This document shows positions 9,424 to 20,123 of a stretch of DNA of 64,000 bases, in pieces (the first letter of the stretch is position 1; every line of letters starts with the position of its first letter). Position numbers and translations under genes: made by a program. The notes under the pieces were generated by a model that did no database searches, was not told where the DNA came from, and worked only from the letters and a program-made list of their open reading frames with translations. The DNA lies in contig JAWOEX010000021.1 of NCBI GenBank assembly GCA_046482545.1, forward strand, positions 128,001-192,000, in the 5' to 3' direction. The DNA is from Candidatus Thorarchaeota archaeon (GTDB lineage: Archaea; Asgardarchaeota; Thorarchaeia; Thorarchaeales; Thorarchaeaceae).

Positions 9424-10788
9424 TCAGAAGTCTTCAACCAGAGCCTCAGTTACACCTCGAGCTGAGCGTGCTGCCTGTTGAAGACCAACTCCGCTTCCAG
9501 CCGTGTCTGTTCCCACGATGTAAAGTCCATTAGCTGGTGTCCTGGGGCCAGGTCGATCCAAATCAGTTTGCCCAGGAATGAGAGCTGCCCGTGTTGCATA
9601 TGAAGACTGCATGTGCTCCATTTCTATATGATCTAACACCGCAGGGAAGTATTCAGCCAGTATTTCATCTTTCACTCTTCCAGCCAGTTCTTCAGGAGAG
9701 TCATCAATGATAATCGTGGCTAATCCTAGAAGCTCCTTACCTTCAGGGGCACAAGAAGAATCAAAACTAGATACCGAAACAATCCACGTAGGTGGCCGTG
9801 GATGAACTATCACACGAGACTTGCAATCACCAATGACGACTTCATCTAGGCCCAACCACAAGGTCATTCCCTTGGTTACCCTGAAATCACTCCATCGTTC
9901 GAAGAAGTCGTTTGTTTCTTCATCGTCGGAATCGATTATGTCTGGCATAGACCAAAGCGGAATATTGCTCACAATTCGGTCGTGATTAATCTCTCGACCT
10001 CCTGCTGCGATTCCAGTTACATTCCCGTCTGCAATCCGAACGCTGTCTACCGGTGTATCAAGCACATAATTACCATTGATGTTGTCTGTAACCCGCTGCC
10101 GAATGCCAAGCATCCCCCCAATAACATAGCCTTCATCATATTCATCCGAACCAAAAAGCAGCTTCTTCAGGGATTTAATCTTTGAAGTGTCTTTGTCTGT
10201 GTCCTTCAAAGTTCGGAGAGCTTCGTATGCTGACGCTTCTTCAACGGGTACACCGGCTGCCATGTATATTGCGCTCTCCATCACATCCAGTATCACTTGA
10301 TTTTCGACATTGTTGTTCTTCATGAATTCAAGAAAGGAGATGTCCTTGTATTCCTTCATTTCCTCAAGACTCATTGTCTTGATTTTAGCGCCTATTCTAG
10401 CTAGAGTCAATCGACCTTTAAGAGAAGTCAAAGGCCATCTCAGGGTCTCACTAACGCTGGTAGGTATGGTCCCAACCTTGTCGTATACCCGAAAGAACCA
10501 GCCTTCATGTAATACAAACTCGGGGGGTGGATCAAGATGTTCTCTGAGGAACTCTGTGAACGCTCCTCTCTTGACGCGAGTGATTACATGGAGACCATTA
10601 TCAACTCGATAGCCATCGATGTGATAGCCATGCCAAACCCCTCCTAAGTGATTGTTCTTCTCGATGATAAGTGATTTCATGCCTTTTGAGGTTAAGGAGA
10701 GGGCTGCGAGCAGACCACCTGCACCTCCACCAGCAATGATAGCATCATACTCTGATGGCGCAACTTCGTCAATGGGTATTTTATCCAT
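9424..10788 (-). CDS. FAD-dependent oxidoreductase (phytoene desaturase/amine oxidase superfamily)
   Basis: GGGAGG dinucleotide fold, EKN..LGG, GLYIVG. Confidence 0.85.
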   Translation of the reverse strand: MDKIPIDEVAPSEYDAIIAGGGAGGLLAALSLTSKGMKSLIIEKNNHLGGVWHGYHIDGYRVDNGLHVITRVKRGAFTEFLREHLDPPPEFVLHEGWFFRVYDKVGTIPTSVSETLRWPLTSLKGRLTLARIGAKIKTMSLEEMKEYKDISFLEFMKNNNVENQVILDVMESAIYMAAGVPVEEASAYEALRTLKDTDKDTSKIKSLKKLLFGSDEYDEGYVIGGMLGIRQRVTDNINGNYVLDTPVDSVRIADGNVTGIAAGGREINHDRIVSNIPLWSMPDIIDSDDEETNDFFERWSDFRVTKGMTLWLGLDEVVIGDCKSRVIVHPRPPTWIVSVSSFDSSCAPEGKELLGLATIIIDDSPEELAGRVKDEILAEYFPAVLDHIEMEHMQSSYATRAALIPGQTDLDRPGPRTPANGLYIVGTDTAGSGVGLQQAARSARGVTEALVEDF

Positions 10789-10849
10789 AGGTGGTCACAA
10801 GCATCCGCTTATTGTTCAGTTTACTAAATATTTCCAATCAGCCAATACG

Positions 10850-11950
10850 CTATAATGAAATCAAGCGGTCAGTATCCGCAGACTTGTACGCAACATCAAC
10901 TAATCGATGCGCTTTAAGAGCATCACGAAAAGATGGATCCACATCCTCATTTGCTTGAACAGATTTCAGAAAGGCGTAGCTAAGAGCGGAGTATCTTTCT
11001 GATCCTACAGCGGTAATTGTTTGCAATTGTTCCGTGTTCAATTCCTCCGGATCCAAACCCAATTTTTCCAGTAGAACTTCATTAGCATCATCTACAGAAA
11101 TGATATTTGGGGTCCCACCTTTCAAATGGTATTCTAAGTAACGTTCGTCAGAGCTAAGATCAACAGCAATGTATCCTTCTTGGAAGAAAAGCTCTATGAA
11201 CCGCTCATTGGGGCGGTCCACCCAGTGCCAGACAGAATCTAGGGTGCTTACTGCACCGTTGATATGGGTCAAGGTTACTGATGCTTGATCTTCAACCTCC
11301 CGTTCAGAGAAAAAGTTGACTCTCGAGAATACATTTTCAACATCACCCATTAACCACAGCAACAAGTCCAAATCGTGTATGCTATGCTCAATAAGGGTGC
11401 CACCTCCGGCTATTGATTTGTCACCTCTCCATTGGCTATAGTAGCTGTAATCAACGGGAAAGTGTTGATCATCACGAATATGAGCAAGCATGGGCTGTCC
11501 GAGATTCTTTCTCTCGATAAGCCGCTTGGCATAAAGAAGCAATTGATCGTATCGCAAGACCAGTCCCACGCCAGTTCGGATGCTGTGTCTATTGACAGAT
11601 CCCATCAAATCACGTGTCTGCGGAGTGCTGTGTGTTAATGGTTTCTCACAGAAGATGTCTTTCTCTTGTTCTGCGACAGCTTTGACGATGTCGGTGTGTC
11701 GATTTGTAGGTGTACAGACATAAACAACATCAATATCATCATCGGCAGCCAAGTCTTCATATTCTGTATATGTTGTTTGTACATCATAGAGTGCGGCAAC
11801 TCGTTCCAACGTCTCCTCATCGATGTCACACAGAGCAGTAATATCAAGATTCAGAAGTCCTGAGTTTTTCAATGCAGCCAAACTCATCAGGTGCATATTA
11901 CCGATGTTGCCTGCACCAATCAACCCCACATGAATCCTTTGCAAGGCCAA
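10850..11950 (-). CDS. Gfo/Idh/MocA oxidoreductase
   Basis: GLIGAGNIG, CEKP, GGGTLIEHSIHDLD. Confidence 0.92.
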   Translation of the reverse strand: MALQRIHVGLIGAGNIGNMHLMSLAALKNSGLLNLDITALCDIDEETLERVAALYDVQTTYTEYEDLAADDDIDVVYVCTPTNRHTDIVKAVAEQEKDIFCEKPLTHSTPQTRDLMGSVNRHSIRTGVGLVLRYDQLLLYAKRLIERKNLGQPMLAHIRDDQHFPVDYSYYSQWRGDKSIAGGGTLIEHSIHDLDLLLWLMGDVENVFSRVNFFSEREVEDQASVTLTHINGAVSTLDSVWHWVDRPNERFIELFFQEGYIAVDLSSDERYLEYHLKGGTPNIISVDDANEVLLEKLGLDPEELNTEQLQTITAVGSERYSALSYAFLKSVQANEDVDPSFRDALKAHRLVDVAYKSADTDRLISL

Positions 11951-12071
11951 CTTAACACCAACGAATGGTATATCACAAGGGCATAAGAGTCTTGTTTACC
12001 AACTATTATGAGGATTGTTGCCCCTAAAACTCGTCAAAGAAGCCGCATTCATCTCAAAAGAGTGACCTTTC

Positions 12072-13910
12072 ATGAGTCCAGCAGAACAAACAGTACAGGA
12101 GGCACGAGATGCCATACGAAATGGTGAGGAGAAGCTAGCAGCTGAATTGCTAAAAAAAGCAGCAAGGCAGCTGGCCGCAGAAGGAAAGCCCCAGTGGGCG
12201 AAGAATCTCTATCTTGAAGCATGTGAGCTCTATAGTGAGATTGGTGACAAGAAGGCATGTTTCAATCTGATAGAACAAGCGACCCTCACGTTTATCCGTC
12301 AAGATTCGGACCCTGAAGTACACGAGGCAATCGTAGCCCTCAATGAGAATGGTGGAAAGATTGCAGAAAAATGGGATGAATACAAGACAGCAGCTGATTT
12401 CTATTTTCGAAGCAAAGATTTTGCATCCGATACAAAGGTCAAGGACAGACTCACTATTCGAGCAGCAGATGCCCTAGAGAATTTAGCAGATATACATGAA
12501 GAGAACAAGGAATTCGAAGAATCGATCAACCTCCTGAAAAAGGCGGGCCGTCTGTATTATACTGTTGATGATGAAGAGCTGGGGCGTAGAATGCATGATA
12601 GAGCAATTCGACTGGCCATGAAATGGGTTGATTCTGCAGAAAGTGAGCAGGATTATCTTTCAGCAGGCAATGCACTTGCAGAAGCAGCTCAAATCATGCA
12701 AAGTGAAGATGAGGCTGCTGAGGCTATTCCGCTAATGATGAGAGCAGGAGAGAAATACGAACAGGCAGAGCTGTTCGAAAAGGCAGGAAACATCTATGAT
12801 GCAGCCCAAGAAGCCTATGGATTTGAGCGGCTTTCAAGCGGCCAAAAAAAGGCGGCCAGCAAAGCTGCAGAAGCCTACACAAAAATGAGAGGGGCACCTA
12901 ATGTTCTAGCACCCCTTCTTATCAGAGCAGGTAAGCTATATCGGAAAGCTGGACGAATTATGAAAGCCAGGTGGTCCTATAAGCGTGCGAGTAAGCTGTT
13001 CGGCGAACTTGCTGATGCTGCAGCTGTCGAGGAAGACGACGAAACTGAGAACAGGTACCGCCGTTATAGGGCCATGTGCCTGCAGGAATGGGGGCAAGAG
13101 GAAAAGGCCAATGAAATCTATGAAAAGGTCATTGAGTACTACATCAGCAGAGCGCGAATAGAAAAAGAAGGGGAAAATAAAGAGAGGCAAGCGATGTCTC
13201 TGGAAGAAGCTGCTGAGGTAATGCGAGAAGCTGGCCAACAAGAAGAAGCTGAGGAAACTCTAAGCCTAGCACTTGCAATTTATGTTGAGCTAGCTAAGAC
13301 ATCATCTGAAGCAGATAAACCCGGTGAAGCATCGGAGTACTACAGCAAAGCTGCCGAGTGTTGCAACAAACTTGGGTCTGACAAGGAAGCATCTTCATTT
13401 CACAAAAAAGCAAGTGAACAAGCAAAAGAAGCAGCACACATGTACGAAGAGCTGGGAGTCTCTGAACTGAGCGCTATCTGGAGTAGGACAGCTGGCAGAG
13501 AAGCACTACGTTCAGGAAATTCTGATACCATAGAAGAAGGAATACAATTGCTGCGGCAGTCTTGTGCCATTTTCAGTGATATTGGTGAGAAAACTGATGC
13601 TTTCGAGGATCTATTCAGTATATTCGAGGCACTCTTCACTAATTTCCCTGAAAAGAAGACCGAGATAGAAAACACGTTCCAAGCACTGGAGGAGATTGCG
13701 AGAGCTCAAAACCAAGAAGAGATGACATCTATAATCCCTGTACTAAAGGGGTTGAAACAGAAAAACTTCACAATCGCTCTTATGGCCTTTCAAGAAAATG
13801 AGGATGATTTGATTGAAAAATCTGAGCGACTCCGACGAATGTTAGATACTCTTCCCGGACCAAAGAGGGGGCGATCCTCTCCATTATCCAAGTACGGCCG
13901 AATCGCGTAG
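12072..13910 (+). CDS. Alpha-solenoid protein with SNAP/TPR-like repeats
   Basis: Recurrent A..Y..AA..Y repeats (AADFYFRS, AGNIYDAAQEAY, ASEYYSKAAECC). Confidence 0.7.
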   Translation: MSPAEQTVQEARDAIRNGEEKLAAELLKKAARQLAAEGKPQWAKNLYLEACELYSEIGDKKACFNLIEQATLTFIRQDSDPEVHEAIVALNENGGKIAEKWDEYKTAADFYFRSKDFASDTKVKDRLTIRAADALENLADIHEENKEFEESINLLKKAGRLYYTVDDEELGRRMHDRAIRLAMKWVDSAESEQDYLSAGNALAEAAQIMQSEDEAAEAIPLMMRAGEKYEQAELFEKAGNIYDAAQEAYGFERLSSGQKKAASKAAEAYTKMRGAPNVLAPLLIRAGKLYRKAGRIMKARWSYKRASKLFGELADAAAVEEDDETENRYRRYRAMCLQEWGQEEKANEIYEKVIEYYISRARIEKEGENKERQAMSLEEAAEVMREAGQQEEAEETLSLALAIYVELAKTSSEADKPGEASEYYSKAAECCNKLGSDKEASSFHKKASEQAKEAAHMYEELGVSELSAIWSRTAGREALRSGNSDTIEEGIQLLRQSCAIFSDIGEKTDAFEDLFSIFEALFTNFPEKKTEIENTFQALEEIARAQNQEEMTSIIPVLKGLKQKNFTIALMAFQENEDDLIEKSERLRRMLDTLPGPKRGRSSPLSKYGRIA

Positions 13911-13922
13911 TTCTTTAGGCCC

Positions 13923-14372
13923 TTGATGGCAATGCATGTACTGGTGAATCCATTGCCAACGCATCATGATACGCTTACATTTTCGACTCAAGGTCACTGT
14001 GATATGATTGACATCACGGACGCTGTGAGCAAGAAAGTGAAATCCAGTCCGCTCGAGAGCGGAATATGCACCGTATTCTGCCCTGGATCAACAGGCTCAG
14101 TCATAACAATTGAGTATGAAGAAGGTCTTCTGGAAGACTTCCCGGCGACAATGGGGCGAATCGCTCCTAAAGATACAGAATACAAACATCATCTGCGATG
14201 GCATGACGGCAACGGCCATAGTCACTGTAGAGCGTCAACAGTCGGCCCTTCCATGACAATTCCGTTTGTAAATAAGAAACTAACACTAGGCACTTGGCAA
14301 CAAATTGCCTTTGCTGACTTTGACAACAAAGCGAGAAACAGAACACTTGAGATAATGCTCATTGGTGAATGA
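13923..14372 (+). CDS. yjbQ: YjbQ / secondary thiamine-phosphate synthase family
   Basis: DGNGHSH, LGTWQQI..DFD. Confidence 0.88.
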   Translation: MMAMHVLVNPLPTHHDTLTFSTQGHCDMIDITDAVSKKVKSSPLESGICTVFCPGSTGSVITIEYEEGLLEDFPATMGRIAPKDTEYKHHLRWHDGNGHSHCRASTVGPSMTIPFVNKKLTLGTWQQIAFADFDNKARNRTLEIMLIGE

Positions 14373-14642
14373 CTACAGAAGTGCAGCATCGCTTGGGGGG
14401 TCCCATTTCAGCTGGCGTTGACCATGGTCGTCATCATTCGAGTCCCAGACCCTTGCTGCCAAGTACTTCATGCGAAGCGATCTACGCAAACGATGAAGCT
14501 GGAAAGGTACATTCCAGCCCACAGGGCTATTGCGATACTCAGTTGTTTCCATAAGCTCCCGTACGCTATCCAATTCTTTCTTGACTTGAGCCTTCACACT
14601 CTCGAGGTCTCGGCTTATCAAGAATCGTTCCCTATCGGTCAT
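14373..14642 (-). CDS. Hypothetical protein
   Basis: 89-aa ORF abutting the yjbQ stop, preceded by GAGG; no motif recognised. Confidence 0.5.
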   Translation of the reverse strand: MTDRERFLISRDLESVKAQVKKELDSVRELMETTEYRNSPVGWNVPFQLHRLRRSLRMKYLAARVWDSNDDDHGQRQLKWDPPSDAALL

Positions 14643-14774
14643 GGTTCAGTACCTCGGCAATAACAAAACAAATATCTCAATAGATAATACAAAAGTGAGT
14701 AATACAGCTCAGTGTCATTCTAGCACGGGATGGAAACAGCAGGAAATGATCTGTAGTGTTTCCAGCATAAATTG

Positions 14775-15293
14775 CTATATCTTCTCTCTCTTTATTGGTA
14801 CCCTCTTCATCGTGGTACCGCACACTGGGCAATTGCGTGACCCTGACGCAGGGCGTTGATGTCCACATGCCGGACAAAGAAGAATCCATTCTATCTTGTG
14901 AGTCATTTTCTTCCCAATTTCTTCTACAGGCAGCCCAATCGATTTCGCAGTATTTAGGAGAGCGAAGTCGCTGGATACAATAGTAGCATCAAATCCCTGT
15001 TCATCTTTCCAGACTGCCAAAGCGAGTAGTTGAACGTCCGTTTCTGATAAGACGGAAGCATCACCAGTTTTCGCCGCGGCCGTTTTTACCTCGTTGAGGT
15101 GTCGTGGTAAGGGATCTTGAACAGACAGCTTCCCAGTATCTATCAACCTTTGAGCCCGGGTTTTGCTCGGTCGGTTGTGAAGCTCATCAATCACACTGCG
15201 AGCTGTGAAGAACTGTGCATCGCGCCTTGCTTCTGCCCATTTGCTAAGTAGGGCTCCAGTATCGAGCACAAATATGTCCTCCATCAGGCACAC
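14775..15293 (-). CDS. nob1: NOB1-family rRNA maturation endonuclease (PIN + Zn ribbon)
   Basis: VLDTGALL, LSETDVQLLALA, SSDFALLN, CPACG..CPVCG. Confidence 0.9.
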   Translation of the reverse strand: MCLMEDIFVLDTGALLSKWAEARRDAQFFTARSVIDELHNRPSKTRAQRLIDTGKLSVQDPLPRHLNEVKTAAAKTGDASVLSETDVQLLALAVWKDEQGFDATIVSSDFALLNTAKSIGLPVEEIGKKMTHKIEWILLCPACGHQRPASGSRNCPVCGTTMKRVPIKREKI

Positions 15294-15299
15294 CTGTAG

Positions 15300-16169
15300 T
15301 TACAGCGTTCGGGGCACGATTCTGGTATTGAGTCGGTCATAGTAGTTGTCAGACATGCGTATAAAACGCGTAATCACATCGGATTTCTTGATCCACACTG
15401 TTTCGCCCGGTTCAACTTCTAATCTTCTTTGTCCGTCAATTACGGCAAGGCCGTGAGCTCCAGGTTTCACCAGCTCCAGCTCCACCGTGCTATCATCAGA
15501 GACAACTATGGATTTCAATTCAAAACGTGGTGGGCACACAGGAACGAATATCAAACCACCAACATCAGGGGCAACAATCGAGCCACCCGCAGCAAGGGCG
15601 TAGGCGGTAGATCCTATAGGAGTAGATAGCATAGCTCCGTCAGCTCGACCATAGTCTATTCGAACACCATCCACATACACCTGAAATGTCAGTAATCGAC
15701 CCGGAATGGATGATGCAACATAGACCTCGTTAAGTGCATAACCAAATTCCCGATCACCAACACCCGAAACCAAATTGATGTTCTTGTCAATAACGCAATC
15801 ATTGGCCAACACTTTCTGTAGAGAACTCACAGCCGTAGTTGTGCTGCTTTCGGTCAGAAATCCAACATTTCCGCGATTCACACAAAACAGAGGGTTTTCC
15901 CGATTGCTGAGTTGGGAGAGTGTATAGAGGATGGTTCCATCGCCGCCTATGGTGATAACGAAATCTGTTTCAAATTCCGAGATAGGGCGCTCTTCCGCAA
16001 CGGAGTGGATACCGACACACGATCCTTCATCGACTTGAATGGCAATATCTTGTGATATGAGAAAGCTAGCAATACGCTCGGCTATCTTCCTTGTATCAAG
16101 CCGACCAGGTTTACAGACAATACCCACAGCGCGCCGGTCACTCATTATCTGCGGTTTTCGCTCTATCAC
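15300..16169 (-). CDS. nadK: NAD(+) kinase
   Basis: GGDGT, NE, TPIGSTAYALAAGG; start may be ATG 16145. Confidence 0.93.
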   Translation of the reverse strand: MIERKPQIMSDRRAVGIVCKPGRLDTRKIAERIASFLISQDIAIQVDEGSCVGIHSVAEERPISEFETDFVITIGGDGTILYTLSQLSNRENPLFCVNRGNVGFLTESSTTTAVSSLQKVLANDCVIDKNINLVSGVGDREFGYALNEVYVASSIPGRLLTFQVYVDGVRIDYGRADGAMLSTPIGSTAYALAAGGSIVAPDVGGLIFVPVCPPRFELKSIVVSDDSTVELELVKPGAHGLAVIDGQRRLEVEPGETVWIKKSDVITRFIRMSDNYYDRLNTRIVPRTL

Positions 16170-16360
16170 AACCGTGCACTTCCCGTTGTTGTGGATGGCA
16201 TCCTCGACTCTTTATTCTTATTATTGGTCGGTCATATGATAAATCTAATAGTTTAGAGAGTATCGGGAATCCACAAACCGATTCGCCATAAAGCATTTTA
16301 ATGCAATATCTGTCTCCACATAAGAAACGGTCTGCAAGACACGACAGGAGAGAATCGAAA

Positions 16361-16759
16361 GTGAGTATCAAAAGAACAGAAGTGAAGAACCTGAAGTCTG
16401 GATCATATATGTTGATTGACGATGAACCATGCAAGATTGTCTCTGTAGAAAAATCTAAACCTGGCAAGCACGGTTCTGCAAAAGCAAACATAACAGCTGT
16501 GGGCTTCTTCGATAATAGGAAAAGAAATGTCGTTATGCCGGCAGACCGAATGGCGGAAGTCCCAATCATCGACAAAAGAACTGCAACAGTCATTGCTGAT
16601 CAAGGGAAAACACTGAATCTGATGGATACTGAAACATACGAGTCATTCGAAGTGCCACGACCAGAAGACGCGGATGTAGCATCAGAGATTGAGGTGAACT
16701 GTACTGTCGAATATTGGGATGTCATGGGGCAGAAGGTCATCATGCGCGTTAAGAGTTGA
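16361..16759 (+). CDS. eif5a: Translation factor aIF5A
   Basis: Hypusination loop SKPGKHGSAK; GTG 16361 after AGGAG. Confidence 0.95.
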   Translation: MSIKRTEVKNLKSGSYMLIDDEPCKIVSVEKSKPGKHGSAKANITAVGFFDNRKRNVVMPADRMAEVPIIDKRTATVIADQGKTLNLMDTETYESFEVPRPEDADVASEIEVNCTVEYWDVMGQKVIMRVKS

Positions 16760-17020
16760 CCGAGGACTATCAGTAGGATAGTATGTTGCCCTCCTATGAC
16801 GGCAGCATTATTGTGCCCAATCCATAATGTGCTCAGCTACTCAGTCATTTCCCTCCTGCAATTCCACTACTTCATGCAATATTCCGAGTGAGGTATATAT
16901 CTTCATCTTTGAACAAGCTTCAAATAGCCGGAAAATTGGATTACAATCCCCACTGTGTATTTAGTCGATATTCATTTATCAGAGGCATGTCATAGGGATG
17001 CTTAGCCAGATGTAAGGCGG

Positions 17021-17464
17021 GTGCCGTTTCAGCTCATGCACGAATTGGATTCTACAGATGAAAGAATCATTGAGATTCTGAAGAGAAATGCTCGTAGCTC
17101 CTTAAGAGACATGGCAGACGAGGATGGAGTAAACCTTAGCGCCAGTTCCATACGAAATCGGATGCTGAAGCTCGAACAGGATGGTGTCATCAAGAATTAC
17201 ACCGTTGATGTCGACTATAGGAAAATGGGCTTTGCAATCCAAGTGATAGTGCTCATTCGGGCAAAACCAAAGAAGATTGATATGGTTGTCAAGGAGTTGA
17301 AAGAACACAAGAATGTGCACAACACGTACCGAACTACTGGATCTGTTAACGTGGTCTGTCTCGTAAGAGCAAAGAATATGGAATCACTAACAGACTTCCT
17401 AGAAAATGGCCTTGAGAAGTTCGATGGAATCGAGAAATTCGAAAGCCTGCTTATTCTTGAATGA
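17021..17464 (+). CDS. Lrp/AsnC transcriptional regulator
   Basis: LDSTDERIIEILKRNAR...RMLKLEQDGVI; RAM domain with TTG. Confidence 0.92.
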   Translation: MPFQLMHELDSTDERIIEILKRNARSSLRDMADEDGVNLSASSIRNRMLKLEQDGVIKNYTVDVDYRKMGFAIQVIVLIRAKPKKIDMVVKELKEHKNVHNTYRTTGSVNVVCLVRAKNMESLTDFLENGLEKFDGIEKFESLLILE

Positions 17465-17469
17465 GAGAA

Positions 17470-17557
17470 TGGTGCGGAGGGCGAGATTTGAACTCGCGAA
17501 CTCCTACGAGACTAGAGTCTGAGTCTAGCACCTTTGGCCTGGCTTGGTAACCTCCGC
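17470..17557 (-). tRNA. tRNA-Leu(CAG), CCA encoded, long variable arm
   Basis: GCGGAGG/CCTCCGC acceptor, CTAGA-CTCAGAC-TCTAG anticodon arm, TTCAAAT T-loop. Confidence 0.95.
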
Positions 17558-17787
17558 ATAATCAACCAGTAACATTCGCCTAATCCTAGAAGTTTTGCCC
17601 TTCTTTTTACATTTTTGGATAAACAGATGTACGGTTGATTTGTTCTTCATAGGAAGGTAGTGATCTCATTTTGCATCTTGGAGAAACATGAATATCATCA
17701 ACCTTTTTACGTCAATTCATTTCCTGCGGTACAAGATATCTCAGCTTAAGCTATTGATACAGATTTATTGAGTCAAAAGAGTCTCCG

Positions 17788-18792
17788 GTGAAGCCGATGG
17801 AATATGCAATTGAAGTAAAAGGGCTCACAAAGCGATTTGACGATTTCACAGCAGTCGACAATATCAGTTTCGGAGTTGAAAAAGAAGCGGTATTCGGCTT
17901 TTTGGGTCCAAACGGAGCTGGAAAAACCACGACAACACGCATGCTCACAGGGATTTCAACACCAACTGCAGGAACAGCTCGGATAATGGGTTATGACATC
18001 CAAAAACAGTCGTTCCGTGCCAAGGAACAAATGGGTGTTGTTACAGATATCTCGAATGTGTACAATGATCTTACCGCATGGCAGAATCTCATATTCACCG
18101 GCAAGCTCTACGGGCTTCATCAAGAGGTGCGAGAAGACAGGGCTCATGAACTGCTTGACATGTTCGGATTGGAACAAGTCCGGGATGAAAACGTACGGGA
18201 ATTTTCAGGGGGTATGAGACGTCGACTCACTATAGCCATGGCGCTCATCAACGACGCAAGTGTGCTATTCTTGGATGAGCCCACCACGGCCTTGGATGTT
18301 CAAAGCGTGAGAATAATCAGAGAACTCATCAGAAAACTCAATAATCAGGGAAAAACCATTTTCCTTACAACCCATAATATGGCAGAAGCCAATGAGTTGT
18401 GTACAGAGATAGCCATCATCAATCAAGGCAGAATAGGAACCATCGGCACACCAGAAAAGCTGAAACAAGCAATGGATAGAGTTCACTCAGTCGAGGTCAT
18501 CTTCGAAAACCGCACTTCTCAAATCATCAGGGATTTGGGTGACTTAAATAGTGTACGAGAAGTCGAAAAACGCGGCGATAAGGTTCGATTGTATACAACA
18601 GAACCTTCGGCCACGCTTTCGGAGGTTTTTGCGTTCGCAGAAGACAGGAATCTGAAGCTGATAAGCGTTAACACTCTAAGCCCCACACTTGAGGATGTGT
18701 TTCTTGAGCTCACAGGAGAAAAAATCGTGAAAAGAAGAGAGCAGGGGAAAGTTAGAGCAGGTGGCAGAGGGCGACCAGCAGGGAGGAGATAA
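17788..18792 (+). CDS. ABC-2 exporter ATP-binding subunit (DrrA-like)
   Basis: GPNGAGKT, FSGGMRRR, LDEPT. Confidence 0.93.
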   Translation: MKPMEYAIEVKGLTKRFDDFTAVDNISFGVEKEAVFGFLGPNGAGKTTTTRMLTGISTPTAGTARIMGYDIQKQSFRAKEQMGVVTDISNVYNDLTAWQNLIFTGKLYGLHQEVREDRAHELLDMFGLEQVRDENVREFSGGMRRRLTIAMALINDASVLFLDEPTTALDVQSVRIIRELIRKLNNQGKTIFLTTHNMAEANELCTEIAIINQGRIGTIGTPEKLKQAMDRVHSVEVIFENRTSQIIRDLGDLNSVREVEKRGDKVRLYTTEPSATLSEVFAFAEDRNLKLISVNTLSPTLEDVFLELTGEKIVKRREQGKVRAGGRGRPAGRR

Positions 18793-18795
18793 ACA

Positions 18796-19566
18796 ATGGA
18801 ACGCAGTGATGGCTTATTGGACCGCATCAGAAAAGAGGCGTCACGAGCATGGGCCATAGGCTGGAAAGACATACGTGTCTACTACCTGTCGCCACCTACG
18901 CTGATGTTCGGCGTTATGTTTCCGTTTGCGCTCTTCTTCACCTTTACAGTTGGACGGAATCTGAGTATCACCCAAATGCTGCCGGTCCTATTCTCACAAA
19001 CCGTGTTCTGGGCATCCTCCACCGTGGGTCCTGTTGTCATTCCACTAGAACGACGCATGAAAACATTCGACCGTTATCTCTCGGCACCTATGTCTCTGCT
19101 TTCTGTTATCATTGGCAAGTCGCTGGCAGGTATTGCCTTCGGTTTGATGGTATCAATCGTGCCGCTGACAATTGGCTTCCTGTTCTTCTCTCTTCACATT
19201 GCAGATATTCTACTCTTCTCGCTGGGGATTCTGCTTTCATGTGTAGCATTTGCGGCAATGGGTATTATGTTTGCTAGTGTACCCACAGAAAATGTCGGTA
19301 ACATAATGATGCCAATGAATTTCATCCGCATTCCGCTTCTGTTTATAAGCGGTATATTTATTCCAATCGAAAGTTTGCCTGTTGCAGGTCAGATTCTCTC
19401 GCTTATATCACCGCTAACTCATACGCTCATACTGGTCAGGCTTGGAATGGGTGTTGAATCCTTTCCAATACCTCCTGCAGCAAGCGTATTAGCACTTATC
19501 CTTACTAGTATGATATTCTTCGTAGTCAGTATACAATTCCACGAAATCAATAAACGAAGAGAATAG
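18796..19566 (+). CDS. ABC-2 exporter permease
   Basis: 6 TM, ER..TFDRYL.AP, SGIFIP, SPLTH. Confidence 0.9.
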   Translation: MERSDGLLDRIRKEASRAWAIGWKDIRVYYLSPPTLMFGVMFPFALFFTFTVGRNLSITQMLPVLFSQTVFWASSTVGPVVIPLERRMKTFDRYLSAPMSLLSVIIGKSLAGIAFGLMVSIVPLTIGFLFFSLHIADILLFSLGILLSCVAFAAMGIMFASVPTENVGNIMMPMNFIRIPLLFISGIFIPIESLPVAGQILSLISPLTHTLILVRLGMGVESFPIPPAASVLALILTSMIFFVVSIQFHEINKRRE

Positions 19567-19631
19567 AAATCATTGCCGTACAATCTCCGAGCAGTGTCCG
19601 GCAGGATATCGGCGGTCAAACTACTGAGGGA

Positions 19632-20123
19632 CTACTGTAACTTGCGTATCTTATCGAGTAGTGCACTCATATCTGGACAGGCGCCTCTTTTCCCTCTCAG
19701 AATCTCGATGTGCCTTAGTGTTCCATCTTTGTCGATCAGAAAGATAACGCGCTTTCCGTAGCCCTTCTCCGGAACAAAGCAGTCATACTTCAGCGTAACG
19801 TCGCCGAGTGGAACGTAGTCGGAAAGAAGGGGAAAGGCAAGCCCGCCAATCTCTTCGACCCACTTGTTATTGGCATCCACTGAATCCATGTTGATAGCTA
19901 GCACCTGGGTATTCAGTTCCTCAAAATCTTCGAGATGGTTCTTATAGAAGGTAACATAGTCCTTGCAGGCTTCGTTCAGTTCACCCGGATGAAACGCAAG
20001 GAGAACGTTCTTTTCCCCTCGGAAATCGGATAACTGAATTTCTTTACCGTGTTGATTCAGCAATGAAAATTCTGGTGCCGTTTCGCCTTCATTCAAGCAT
20101 ACATTCTGTTCACGTAATAGCAA
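19632..20123 (-). CDS. Peroxiredoxin/redoxin (BCP/AhpE-like)
   Basis: GETAPEFSL, FHPGELNEAC, FPLLSD, RVIFLIDKDG; TTG 20123 after GGAGGTGA. Confidence 0.82.
   Translation of the reverse strand: MLLREQNVCLNEGETAPEFSLLNQHGKEIQLSDFRGEKNVLLAFHPGELNEACKDYVTFYKNHLEDFEELNTQVLAINMDSVDANNKWVEEIGGLAFPLLSDYVPLGDVTLKYDCFVPEKGYGKRVIFLIDKDGTLRHIEILRGKRGACPDMSALLDKIRKLQ

Noticed and set aside
17470-17790. tRNA-Leu as prophage/integrative element site
   Set aside because: No integrase and no duplicated tRNA 3' end found in the window.
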